The position numbers and the translations under genes are program-made. Below, in pieces: positions 35,621-48,648 of a DNA stretch of 64,000 nt. Numbering within the stretch: position 1 is the first letter of the stretch; each line of letters opens with the position of its first letter. Where the stretch lies: NCBI RefSeq assembly GCF_006345805.1, contig NC_042998.1:158658001-158722000 (forward strand). The letters run 5' to 3'. A model generated the notes under the pieces. The model saw only the letters and a list, made by a program, of their open reading frames with translations, was not told the DNA's origin and did no database searches. This stretch comes from Octopus sinensis (lineage: Eukaryota).

Positions 35621-37992
35621 TGTTTCTTTATTAGCCACACAGGGCTGCACACAGACAGAACAAATTACAAGGTAGAGCTTTTCTTTTGGGGGTAAAAAAA
35701 AGGCGGTTGGTTTTCGATCAAAAGGGATCGTAAAAGGAAAGAAAGAGGACAAAAAAGGGGAGGGTTTTAAAAAAGGGGGGGAAGGGGAGAGGAAAAAAAG
35801 TTGATCAATAGGGATCGTAATCACAGAAATGTCAATATGAAGTGTAAAGGGGAGGACAGGTGAGGTTTACCCGTGTATTAATTTTTACGGTTTATAGAAT
35901 CATAGTCAAGGTGGCTTCGTCATTCATACGTGCCATCCTTGCTACATTCACCCATCTTTTTTTAAACATTCACTAGATAAAACTTGCCTCTCTACTCTCA
36001 CTTTCCTTTTCAAGTGATACTTGAAGAAGTTGATGAGAGATTGACCAGAGAGGAAAGTGTTTGTCTCTAATCCTTTCAGGCGCGCCCACCAGATACATTC
36101 TTTCGCCATAGCCACAAGTATGATAAAAATAGCTCTTCCTTCCCGTTTGGAGGAAGGAGACGTGACGATATTAACGATAGACTCGGCTGATAAACCGACA
36201 CGTCCCACACGTGACAGCAGTCGTTCGACATAAGCCCACAGGTCGGAAATTGCTGGACACTGCACGATTGCGTGCAGAGCGGTTTCGTCGCTCTGCCCAC
36301 ATCTCGGGCAGGTCGGCCCCGTGTTTCTCGAGCCATGCCTATAGAGCTTATCCCGAACGGGTAGCGCTTCTCGGTAGCACCGCCAGGCCAGGGATCTCTG
36401 GAAGTTGTCCATAGGGCCCGGGCCGAAAGTCGTTTGAAACAGGCGGGTCAGGTATTCCTCGTCGACGCCCAGGTTTGCCCCGAGATCGTCGTCGTACCTC
36501 CCCTCCACTAATCCCCTATAGAATGCTTTGGTTGTGTTGAAGTCACTCAAGGTCGACCCGGGACAGCAGAGTTGCTTGAGAGCAACGCGACACTCGCGGT
36601 GCCATTCGCCCTTCCTCGGCCTCTTTTTGATCCACGACTGCAGTTCGGTCATGGAGACGAGTTGCGGGAATGCGTGCCTCACAAACGGCGACCACACCTG
36701 TTCATCGTCGTCTACATAGAGCCGGAGATGTCGCAGTCTCAGCGCGTGTCTGCGCATCATCAACCACGGCATGCCCAGCCCTCCTTTTAACGGGTGTTGA
36801 CAGCAAATGGATCGCCTGACCATCGGGACGCATCCTTTCCACAAGAAGCGGAAGAGAATGCGTTCTAGTTTGGTGATGGTAGGGTCGGGACAAGGTACGA
36901 CGGTCAGGCGATAGTAGATGATGGACGCGATGTACGTGTTCGCCACCTCCGCCCGACCTTTTAGGGACAGTTTCCTCTCGGCCCATTGCTGGCCGAGAGT
37001 GACCACCCTATTCGTTATATCGTTCCAGTTCTTCTCCATTTGGCGATCCGGACCGAACCAGAGCCCGAGCAACTCAACCGGGCCGTCTGTCCAGCGTCCC
37101 ACGACGGAGGTACTGGTGGACGGCATGGGCTTGCTTCTCCAGGTGCCGAGCCGCAAGCCCACTGACTTTTCCCGGTTGATTTTTGCTCCTGTCACCGCTT
37201 CGTAGTCTTTCAGTGTCTCGCCGACCCGCTCGATGTGCTCGTGGCTTGACACTATGACGGTGACGTCGTCCGCGTATGCAGACACACTCGTCCCGCATCC
37301 CAATTCTCGCGGGATGCCCCTCAGAGTCGCCAGCTTCCGCAGTAGTGGCTCAAGAGTCAATACGTATAGAAGCGCCGAGAGGGGGTATCCATGACGGACC
37401 GAACGTGTAATGTCGAAAGGTCTCGATAGATGTCCATTTACGCGAATTACCGAACGGATGCCTCTGTACAAGGCAGCTATCCAGCCGCGGAAGACGGGAC
37501 CGAAACCAGCCGCTCTCAGGACTGCCTCCAAGTATCGATGTCTACCCTATCGAAGGCTTTCGATTGATCCAAGTTGATCAGGGCCCCGCCCATGCCAAGT
37601 TCGTTAACTACCCTGTCTATGATGTAGCGCATCAGATGGAGGTTGTCATGGATGCTCCGGTCCGGTACGGCGCACGTTTGTGCATTGTCGACCAGTTTCT
37701 CGATGACAAGTGCCAAGCTCTTGGCTAACACCTTTGTCAAAATTTTCAGGTCTGCATTGAGCAGAGTGATTGGTCTAAAGTTATCTATAATGTTCCCTTT
37801 GTTTGGATCTTTCTTCAGCAGTGTTACAGCTCCTCGACTCACAAAACCGGGTATGCTCCCGTTTTGCTGCCAGTTGCAGTATACCGCTGCCAAGACGTCT
37901 CCAAACAAGTCTGGCATACAATTGTAAAACTCGTAGGGCAGACCATCCAAACCCGGCGATTTGTCTCTCGAGCATTCTGCCATCGCGTCCCA
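35621..37992 (-). mobile_element. Tx1/L1-clade non-LTR retrotransposon, 5'-truncated, between (ATCT)n tracts
   Basis: RT and zf-RVT ORFs; 3' end AATAAAGAAACAT joined to (ATCT)n; 5' break at ctatctatctat|gggacgcg. Confidence 0.9.
35892..37992 (-). pseudogene. Tx1-type ORF2 (RT + zf-RVT) with two 1-nt frameshifts
   Basis: KSPGLDGLPYEFY, FRPITLLNADLKIL, LDQSKAFDRVD|HRYLEAVL (C missing ~37541), RHGYPLSALLY, AYADD, CPRCGQSDETALHAIVQC; second slip ~35957 restores KRWVNVARM...IL*. Confidence 0.88.
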
Positions 37993-38569
37993 TAGATAGA
38001 TAGATTGCTTGATAGATAGATATATAGTCAGACTGACAGTTAGAGGGAGTGAGAGGGAAGGGATATACCTCTTCCTATTCCCCATTTATTTATTTATTTA
38101 TTTATTTAGTCCTTTTCGATTGTATTGGAATGGGTTTAAGGATGGTGACCTCTTCAAACAATGTGGGGGTCAGTATGGTCATCACTGAAAGTCATTTTGC
38201 TTTCTTTCTGTCTTTCCTTTTCCTTCTTTTTTCCCTCTTTCTTTTTCTCCTCTGAGTTATATTTAGAATACAAAATGTACTGTCCCCCTTTCCAAACATT
38301 CAATTTTGGAGGAAATTCTTTTGATGAAATGTTGTGGTGCATGAAAAAACATTAGTATAATATTTGCAAATTCACAATTTGGAAAATCTATAAATAAATA
38401 AAATAAAATGAAAAAATACACAGGCTCATTAAAAGGAGCCCGAGTTATTGGCTGCAACTACATACTTGAAGTCAGTGTTGGTAGAAATTAAATCAGCTTG
38501 CAAATACTAAATTTATACTTGGTCTAAACCCGGACAGCCCGAGTGCCGGAGTTGCCACTGATATGTATA

Positions 38570-40343
38570 CTAGCAGTTAATCCCGGTTTCACCCGGTCTG
38601 TTTGGATGATGTGGCTGTGATCGTTTTCGGTTAGGCATAATCTTTAACACCGTTTCTCAGCCTTATCATTTTGGGTACCCTGTATCCAGCTGTATGAAAA
38701 TTTCCTGACTCCCCGCCCCCTTGTCAGAAAACAGCTTCAGGAGTTGTAATGAACGAATTTGAACGTAGTCTGTTTCTGAGAGATATTCTATTGGACCTCT
38801 GTCTAATCATTAAAACATTGATTTAATTATGAACATAAAAAGACATTATACATTAATCCCTATTTTTGTAAGCAGATGTATCCGTAAAAATTTTATTTGC
38901 AGAGAGCAGAAATTGAAAGAAGATATATAGGAATTCCATTAGAAAAGTTTTAATCGATTTTCTCGGTAAGTAGGTGGGGCTAGGAAAAAATACAAGCCGC
39001 ATTCCAATCTATGCACCCGTCTGCATATGTGTGCCATTTTTCACGCAAAACTATCCAGCCGTTTGGCTATGAACTTCAGACAAGAAAGAATACAACGATC
39101 GCCCATGTTCAATTTATATTATACTAGCAGCTAAGCCCGGTTTCACCCGGTCTGTTTGGATGATGTGGCTGTGATCGTTTTCGGTTTGGCATAATCTATA
39201 ACAGCGTTTCTCAACCTTATCATTTCGGGTCCACTGTTTTGATTGGAGCCTCCCACCTTCTCAGAAAACAGCTTCAGGAGTTGTAATGAACGAATTTGAA
39301 CGTAGTCTGTTTCTGAGAGATATTCTATTGGACCTCTGTCTAATCATTAAAACATTGATTTAATTATGAACATAAAAAGACATTATACATTAATCCCTAT
39401 TTTGTAAGCAGATGTATCCGTAAAAATTTTATTTGCAGAGAGCAGAAATTGAAAGAAGATATATAGGAATTCCATTAGAAAAGTTTTAATCGATTTTCTC
39501 GGTAAGTAGGTGGGGCTAGGAAAAAATACAAGCCGCATTCCAATCTATGCACCCGTCTGCATATGTGTGCCATTTTTCACGCAAAACTATCCAGCCGTTT
39601 GGCTATGAACTTCAAGACAAGAAAGAATACAACGATCGCCCATGTTCAATTTATATTATACTAGCAGCTAAGCCCGGTTTCACCCGGTCTGTTTGGATGA
39701 TGTGGCTGTGATCGTTTTCGGTTTGGCATAATCTATAACAGCGTTTCTCAACCTTATCATTTCGGGTCCACTGTTTTGATTGGAGCCTCCCACCTTCTCA
39801 GAAAACAGCTTCAGGAGTTGTGAAGAAAGAATTTGTAAAGAATATGTTTCTGGGAGCTATTCTATTGGAACTCTGTCTCATAATTAAAGCATTGATTTAA
39901 TTATGAACATAGAAAAAAAATATACATTAATCCCTATTTTGTAAGCAATTGTATCCGTAAAAAATTTATTTGCAGAGAGCAGAAATTGAAAGAAGATATA
40001 TGAAATGGATGCGTGTGTGTGTATGTGTGTGCGTATGTGTGTGTGTGTGCGCGCGTGCATATGTGAGAGAGAAGAAGAGAGACAGCATAGCGAAAGCTTT
40101 GGTTTACTGTCATCCTGTAGTCCCCTTGTTGCTAGCGAAATGGTATGTGCCGGCAGTGTGAGCAACTGGGTGTTTTAATGGCGGAACAAAGTGGGGAATT
40201 CCATTAGAAAAATTTTAATGTATTTTCTCGGTAAGTATGGGGGCTAGGGAAAAATACAAATGGCATTCCAATTTATGCACCCGTTTGGCTGTGAACCTCA
40301 GGACAAGAAAAAATACAACGATCGCCCATGTCCAATTTATATC

Positions 40344-40345
<2 letters not shown>
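38570..40345 (-). repeat. Head-to-tail array of three ~540-bp Helitron-like units
   Basis: CTAG at 38570, 39124 and 39661, each preceded on the minus strand by the hairpin CCGG-GTGAAA-CCGG; third unit has an insertion at ~39997-40190. Confidence 0.8.
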
Positions 40346-40378
<33 letters not shown>

Positions 40379-40629
40379 CAAATACATTTCACCAAAACCT
40401 GGAATTTTTACCTTTATAAGTAGGCTGCTAAATCATTGGTATGTATGTGAATTTTTGCTACCCTGGTAACTATTTATCCATTTTCCCTTGTTATTTGTAA
40501 ACATTGAAGAAATACACACACACTCACACATATGTATGTATGTCTATGTATATGTATATACGCACACACATATATATATATAGTAGGGTAGTATAGTTTT
40601 CAAAAACCATTGTCTGACATACATACACA

Positions 40630-40682
<53 letters not shown>

Positions 40683-40872
40683 ACATATGCCGAAATTGCA
40701 AAGATAATCTGGAACACGACTGAGGAAAGAAAACTCCGAATGACCCGTCCTTTTTTCTTTATATTGTCTATCTGGATGTTTTGTTGTCCCTTTTTTGTAT
40801 CACCTAACTGTCTGGATGTTTTGCGTTCTTGTCCCCTTTTGTACTTGACACACATATATATATATATATATA

Positions 40873-41809
40873 TCGCAACGATACCCCGGTCTCGCGCCAG
40901 TTCCGCTTTACCGGTCATTCTTTACAACACTTGTCTGTGTTCGGGTTGTCCTTGCACAGGGGCTATCCAGACTCCTGTCTTTGCCGTGAACAGGAATTAA
41001 TCTTCTCTTCGCTCCTTGCGGCACATGGGCCCAACTCCCCTCTCCTTTTCATCTAACTCCCCTCCTCTCTCCTCTCTTCTTCTCACGCATACTTCCTCTC
41101 TTGACTCCCACCCACCACTCCTCTCCTCTCTGCTCTGACACCCGCTTCCTCTCTTCACTCCTACCTACCTTCTCCTTGCCACCCTCTCCCTTCATCGTCA
41201 CCCTCTATCGTTACCGCACTCCTACACATCCCAACCCAACCATCCCTATACATCCCATCTTACCACCACCCTATCCCACATATTCCACTCCTACGTACAC
41301 CACTCCAACTCTCACATACCCTACCCCTACCCAGACACCCTCACACCAATACACACCCAACCCTCGCATCCCTCACACACCACACATCACCACATCGCCC
41401 CAACCCGCACACACTAGCACTAACCACTTCCCAGCACACACACCATCATCCACACAGCTACACATGCACACACCCACACCTCAACGTCACCAGCCCCTAT
41501 CCACACGCACACACACGCTCTCACATACACTCGCACGTGTACCTTCATTTTGGGATTACCAGTACTTTATTATCTTCCCTTCTTCCTAGCTCTCCTGCCT
41601 GACCATCTCTGTCCGGCCATCGCCATGATTAACCGCTAGCTACTAAAGCCTTCTTTTTTTTATTCTGTCTCTGTTTATTTTCTCCTGTTCCTTTTTGTTG
41701 AAGAGTGTAAGCTCGAAACGTAAAAGATTTTCTCACCTTCCCGAGTGTTAAACTAATACACCTGTTTGTTGTTTACCTGTCTTCGTCTTTTGCTTTTTGT
41801 AAATTCCAA

Positions 41810-41815
<6 letters not shown>
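40873..41815 (+). mobile_element. Neptune-type PLE 3' fragment (GIY-YIG end + UTR + tail)
   Basis: NDTPVSRQFRFTGHSLQHLSVFGLSLH..REQELIF; HHR-like CTTT TTGTTGA A GAGT GTAA GCTC GAAAC GTA AAAG at 41691-41726; (TA)n on both sides. Confidence 0.85.
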
Positions 41816-41840
<25 letters not shown>

Positions 41841-42129
41841 ATGAAGGGTGAAATTAATTAATTTGGAATAATTATCAATTACACCAAGTAGTCTTCGGCA
41901 TTGAATAATTATCAATTACACCAAGTAGTCTTCGGCATTATACATATATACATATATATATATGTATACATATACATATATATATATGTATACCAGAGGC
42001 GACTCCGAGACATTAGCGTCACTCGGGCTCATCCACATTTCGCATAAGACACGTCCCTGCTCGTAGAATTTCACGTTTAGCCGCAACATTTCTAGCACCA
42101 AGTGGTTTATTTTTTATATCTAGCACTAT

Positions 42130-42415
42130 GTTTTTCTCTATTTCTAAGTTAAGGGTAAAAATAAAGCAAACCCAACTGATAATTTATACACAGACGCACA
42201 GAGTAACAGCAACCAGATGTGAATTGTTGGCGATTTTCTTACTCCGCCTTCCTTTCTATTAGACTTTCCTCTGTTTCTAAAGAAGAGCGTTGCTCGAAAC
42301 GTTAAATCATCTTCCTTTCCTTACCCGAACGTCTGCTAATACTTTACGTGCACCACGTCCCGCGTTGCTGTTTTTTTGTGTTTGTTGTTTTTCTTTTTTA
42401 GCGATTTACTATAAA
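42130..42415 (+). mobile_element. Related PLE tail with mutated hammerhead (42273-42307)
   Basis: GTTT CTAAAGA A GAGC GTT GCTC GAAAC GTT AAAT; G5 lost. Confidence 0.55.
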
Positions 42416-42589
42416 TATATAAAGAGATCGTTTGTTGCCAACATAATGTGGCAGTCCCAGGAAAGAGAAGAATGCTACTGCTATTTAGCCCCAGGGAAAA
42501 CGTTTCCAGTTGGCTATGTGACACAAGTGTACTGTGTCCTTATCTTTTCAAACAGGGGAGATAAACACCTCCACCCAGCAAAGCCAACA

Positions 42590-42632
42590 TCTAGAGAATA
42601 GTTTCAGAGTCATTGCTCTTCATCAGTCTAGA
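42590..42632 (-). ncRNA. Type I hammerhead motif
   Basis: TCTAGA CTGATGA AGAG CAATGA CTCT GAAAC TA TTC TCTAGA; stem I extends (gcaagccaa/ttggctttgc); stem III mismatch. Confidence 0.65.
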
Positions 42633-43699
42633 GTAGCTTGGCTTGCTAAGTGTCGATGCTTATTCACCTTTGATAACATATAGAATTTCAAGTGAAATAA
42701 ATTCACTGATCTACAAAATTAGAAATATTGCATTTCTAAATCTCTAACAGAAACTTATACAGTAGCAGCATGATAAAGTGATGGTTTGTTGCCAAGAAAG
42801 TGAAGAATGCTACTGCTAACATCATAACATCATAAAAATACATATACATGTAGTAAAACATACACATGCTAAAATTTAAATTATATATACATATATACAC
42901 TAAACATACAAATCTTGGTACATGTCTACATATACATACAAACAAATACATTAACAATCTTCTAAACAACAAATACCTCGGTTAGTTTTTCATTTTCTCT
43001 AAGTGACGTTTAACTTTAGGACGTTGCAGTTTAGAAGATTATTTATGTATTTCTTCATAACGTACGAAATATTCATTCCTTTCACTTGAAATTTTCACGA
43101 AAGATAGATATTAGATATATCTAAATATGTATAAAATATCTAGACTCAACTTTTAAAATAATCTTCTATAATAAATACTTCAATACACATGTTTTTACTG
43201 CCCCTTATATTATGGCTGCTACCGTATATATCTACATACATATATTCACATCAAGATATATATATACACCATAAATTGTATACGCATATAAATATATTTA
43301 AAAACTGTCTGGTGTATAGAATATTAAAATAAGAAAGTTGTACAACAAATTAATGTAATATAATCAAATGTAATATAAATATATTGATTTAAAAAATATA
43401 AATTTGAAATAATAATTTAAAATTTAAATATGAAAAGTAGTAAAATGAGCAAAAATTTAACCTCGGCAAATTTTCGATTAAGCTTTCAAAACAGCCGAAG
43501 GCTTTCTTAAAAGTCTAATGTAAAATATGAAGACGAAATATGTACCGACATTGTAATACTAAAAGGTGTCTATATTTTAGGTGTAAAAGCCAAATTCAAA
43601 TGCGAAAGTCAAAAATGTTTTTCAAAAGTCAAAAATGTTTACCCGTACGTTATTTTTTCTGTTGACATTTTAAAAGTTCTCGTCTTTGGTTCAATCCAT

Positions 43700-45003
43700 G
43701 TTTATCTTGGAATAGGGTGAAGAGTTTTTCTGAGAGGCAAAGATTTTATTTCATTGGTTGTCTATATGCTCCATGTTTATATGGTGCTGCTTTTACCAAA
43801 ATTGTCCACCTGATATTGAAAGGACGGGTGTCATTTTCCTTGAATTGCCAGGCATCTTTTGCAAGACTTGTTGCAGTTCTATTTTCGGGGTATTGGAAAT
43901 AATTTCAGTGGGAATAACACCTAGTCTTGAATGAATTTTCCGAAACTCCTGTGTATGTTTTATATTCTTGTGATCCATATATTTCTACTTTTAGCTCTAT
44001 AAACTATTCCTTTTTCAAGATATTTTCCTTCTAACGGACAGCAACTCTTATCTTTGAAATTGCAATTTTTCTCGTTAAATTCGGCACTGTGGTTGCTTCT
44101 AATAATTTTTGTGCTATGCTGGTTACTAAAATAGGCGAAGGTTTTGCAACAAGAATAGATAACCTTCAGCGTTCTCCTATTAAAATTTCTATAGCACTTA
44201 TGGCTAGTTTCAAAATGTTTAGAAACTAGTTTTAAGAATTCCCTAACTATTTTTGTTTTTACGGCAATATTAAATGCCGGATTAAACCACAACACTTTTA
44301 GTTTCATGTGGGCTATTATTGCTAGAAGTAGTTTGACTATACTGAATCTTCTCCAAGAATCCACTGTTCCTTAATGCATTATTATGATACGGCGCGGCAT
44401 TTTGAAACGCTGTCTCATCTGAAGATACGGATGATATGCGTCTTCCTATCTACTAACTAGGTTCTTAAGAATTACGGATGGATGATTTGATTCTTTGTAA
44501 ATATAAAATAGCTTTTCACTAGGCCTACAGCAGGTTTTTAATTTATTTAATTGCAAATCTGAGTTAATATCTAAACTATTTACATTATTAAGGTTACTTC
44601 CTATTGTTATCCGTAAGCCCATTCTTAGGAAGAAAGTAATCAGATTCTTCCTAAGTTTATCTAACACATGGCCGTTTAAATTACGAGTGACTATAAGAGT
44701 ATAAATTACGGGTGACTATGTATAATCCTTCGTCTATAAAAAGGGAATTCAAGCTGCAGGTTATGCAAAATATAAGCACCTATAAGCATACACAACTCCG
44801 CCCCATCATATGCCTCCATCGGTACATCGAATAGAGGATCTTCGCCCTTTTTAACTCAGGTGGAATCATTGTGAAAAAGGAGGGATTTCCTGGCATGCAG
44901 GATGATATCTAAATCCGAGTTATAGATGGTGACATACTGCTTGGCGATATAAATATATCAGTGTCACTCTTCAGGTTGAGTAGATATTTCTCTGCATTGA
45001 GAG
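43700..45003 (-). mobile_element. Degenerate C-terminal-EN PLE of the FDVxM-SYDGAE / WFNP type
   Basis: IILHARKSLLF, FDVPMEAYDGAELC, WFNPAFNIAVKT, CNFKDKSCCPLEGK, KTYTGVSENSFKTR, IRWTILVKAAPY. Confidence 0.8.
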
Positions 45004-45039
45004 GTCACAGCTCCGATACTAAAGACGTGCTTACAACAT

Positions 45040-45290
45040 CACAGGGAAAAATCACTAGAAGGATTCCCCAAACCATGCCAACTGTCAGAAGGCCTAGGGG
45101 TAGACCAAGAATGCGATAGCTGGATAATGTCCACAGTTTTAGTTGGTCACACTTGGGAATCCAGCCAGAAAATCTAATGACGGTTGTATATGAAAAGAGC
45201 CTCTGGATAAGGTACCTAAGGACTCTACAACCCAAGGACTTTCCCAGCAATAGAAGGCAGAAAACATTGATGGATGGCTAGATGGATGAA
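45040..45290 (+). mobile_element. RTE-X (Expander/REX3-like) LINE 3' end
   Basis: RRPRGRPRMR*LDNV...LGIQPENL...LW; (GATG) tail. Confidence 0.65.
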
Positions 45291-45474
45291 TATATATATA
45301 TGTGTATGTGTGTGTGCATGTGCCTGTGTGTGTATACGTATATGCAGAGAGAGAGAGAGAGAGAGAAGGGAATAGAAAAAGATTTGATAGATAGATGGAT
45401 AGATAGATAGATAGATAGATAGATAGCCACAAATATACATACATATATTTGTGCGTGGGTAATTTAGATAAAGG

Positions 45475-45580
45475 CGCAGACATGGCGGTGTGGTTAAGAA
45501 ATTCGCTTTGCAACCATTTGGTTTCGAGTCGAGTATGCGGCACCTTGAGAAAGTGTTTTCTATTGAAAAAAGGTAGTAGC
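45475..45580 (+). mobile_element. SINE 5' head fragment
   Basis: aggcgcagacatggcggtgtggttaagaaattcgct...ggcaccttgagaaagtg. Confidence 0.55.
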
Positions 45581-45753
45581 TTTTACCTTTCAAAGAAAGG
45601 AATATGCTTGAAGAATAAAGGCTTATTGCTGGATTTGGAGGTTTGACCAGCTTCATCTCTCTATAGGTTTCTTCAGACCAACAGAAATTGAGAAAGGGAA
45701 TCGGTGTATTGTGTTTGTGTGAAAGTATGTGTGTGTGTAAGAGAGAGAGAGAG

Positions 45754-45802
<49 letters not shown>

Positions 45803-45942
45803 CTCTGCGTTTGCTTATGTTTGTGTGTATATACAACAAATCAAGGGTTCTCTTCTGTCTTTTCTTTTTGTTTTGAAGAAAATACTTTTTTCAGAGGTCG
45901 TGCAGATAGGCGGGAGAAATAAACACATAGATAGATAGATAG

Positions 45943-46050
<108 letters not shown>

Positions 46051-46062
46051 AGATAGATAGAC

Positions 46063-46117
<55 letters not shown>

Positions 46118-46315
46118 GATTTGTCTATGTGTCTGCATGTGTGATAGAGCGTAGGTATGCAAAACTGTAAATAAAAAAGAAAAACTGTTGTGAATGTAAA
46201 TGCATATGAATGTGTTTGTAGGTGAAAGGATGTAGAAATATTAGTTAAACATAATGAAGCACATACAAACTTTGCAAACATACATACATACATACATACA
46301 TACATACATACTACA

Positions 46316-46402
<87 letters not shown>

Positions 46403-46900
46403 GATGTATGTATGTATGTATGTATGTATGTATGATGGTATGTATGTATGTATACTGTGTGTATGTGTGCGTGGGTGTTTGTGTGTGTGTATGTATATGT
46501 ATTTCTCTGTGTGTGTTATGTGTGTTATTTATCTATGAATCAATGTAAACTGTACTGTACTTACAGCGAGGGAAAGTTGTTCTAAAATAGAAATTGAATA
46601 CAATTAGTGTAGAATTAATGAAACGTTCTGAATGAGAAGGAAAAATAACAAGAAGGCGAAATATCAAAATATCTTTCATGATGGTAGTGTTAGAGTATGA
46701 TGGTGGTGTTGGTGGTGGTGTATGTGGTGGTGATGGTGAAGGGTGAATATAGTCATAGTAATTGTGGTGTCGATGGTGTTGGTGATGTTGGTGGGTTGTT
46801 TGTAAATTTTTATTTCTGAAGATGAAAAGAGATAATACTCACCTTTCTGTATACCTACTTAGCAAACTATACATTCACATTGCCCTCTCTCTTTCTCCCC

Positions 46901-46966
<66 letters not shown>

Positions 46967-47716
46967 CATACTTACACAGAGAAAGACAGGAGAGGTATAT
47001 ATTAACACACATACATACTCACATGCATACGTGCATAAATATATACATACATGTAGATAAATATGCATACATAGGTACATTCATTCATACATATATCCTA
47101 TTTTCTATTTCGCCCTCTTGCGCTTAGTTCCTCCCTTTCTTCCTCTGCTTGTCTGTCTCCCCCTTTTCTCTCTCTCTCTCTCTCACTTTCTCTCTTCCCC
47201 CTCTCTCTTACTCTCTGTAAATTATTTTTGTTTTACATGTCTACTGACTATTTTGTAGCAGCCTACTTTCCACTGTGCACTATTGTACACATTCAGCACA
47301 CAATGCATGTATGTATGTATGTATGTATGTATGTATGTATGTATGTATGTATGTATGTATGTATGTATGTATGTATGTATGTATGTATGTATGTTTATAT
47401 GTATGTATATGTATGCATGTACTAAGTATGCATGTATTTATGTATGCGTGTCTGTGTGTATGCAAATATGCGTCAATGTGTGTGTGTAAACTTTATTTCT
47501 GTATTGTATAGTTATTTGAATCATCCTTATAAAGAAGCTGGTTTTCGAACAGCGAAAGAAATCCGCCATCAATGAAATTTTGGCACCAACAACGGTTAAA
47601 CGTTAGGTGTTGGAAATTAATAAACTCTTGAATATTTTTACGGTTCTGCTGATCACTTTACCTTAAAATTCCAAGCTTTCCCGTACGTCCATAGCCAAAT
47701 GCACCAATGATTATAA

Positions 47717-48115
47717 GTGTGGCTGTGTGGTAAGAAGCTTGCTTCCTAACCTCATGCTTTCGAGCTCAGTACCATTGCGTGGCACCTTTGGCAATTGCCT
47801 TCCACTATAGCCCCGGGCCGACAAAAGCCTTGTGAATGGATTTGGTAGACGGAAATGGAAACAAGCCCGTCGTATGTGTGTGTGTGTGTGTGTGTGTGCG
47901 TGTGTGTGTTTTTGTCTCCCACCACCGCTTGGCAGCCGGTGCTGGGTGTTTGCGTCCCCGTAACCTAGTGGTTCGGTAAAAGTAAACGGTAGAATAAGTA
48001 CCAGGCTTTAAAAAATAGTATTGGGATCGATTCAATCGATTAAAAGTTCTCCAAGGCGGTGCCCTAGCATGGACCCAGTCTAATAACTGAAACAAGTAAT
48101 AGATAGAATATAGAA
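47717..48115 (+). mobile_element. Near full-length tRNA-derived SINE with internal (TG)n
   Basis: gtggctgtgtggtaagaagcttgc head; gtaacctagtggttcgg..aataagtacc body; gatagaata tail. Confidence 0.8.
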
Positions 48116-48468
48116 TATATAATCTGTGTCCAGAAGACTTAGCTTACGAATCAGTTGTTTGTAAATATTCTCTTCACTTCTGCAGGATAGCTGACCTTTA
48201 TAACAGCAGATTGTTTTGTGTTATATGTTTTTTTATTCATTCTATTTTTTATTTATTATATTCTTTGGGCATTATTTTCCAAATAGAATATAAATACCAA
48301 TTTCCATATCAGAAAAACGACTCTCGCATCGGAATTTCAGCAACATGAGGAACACTACATTTCTTACACAGAAATTGGTCATGTTGGAGGGCTCTCATGC
48401 ACATATATACAAGTATATAGGTATATATCTATGCAGATATATATATATATATATATAGATATATATAT

Positions 48469-48520
<52 letters not shown>

Positions 48521-48604
48521 ATATATGCATATATATATATGCATATATGGAACAATTATATGCATACGTGGAACAATTAAAGTATTATTTGACGCTCAGG
48601 AAAG

Positions 48605-48648
<44 letters not shown>

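Noticed and set aside
44400-44435. gaaacgctgtctcatctgaaga, possible type II HHR
   Set aside because: Lies in PLE coding remnant on the opposite strand (SSDETAFQNAAPY); no stem II partner.
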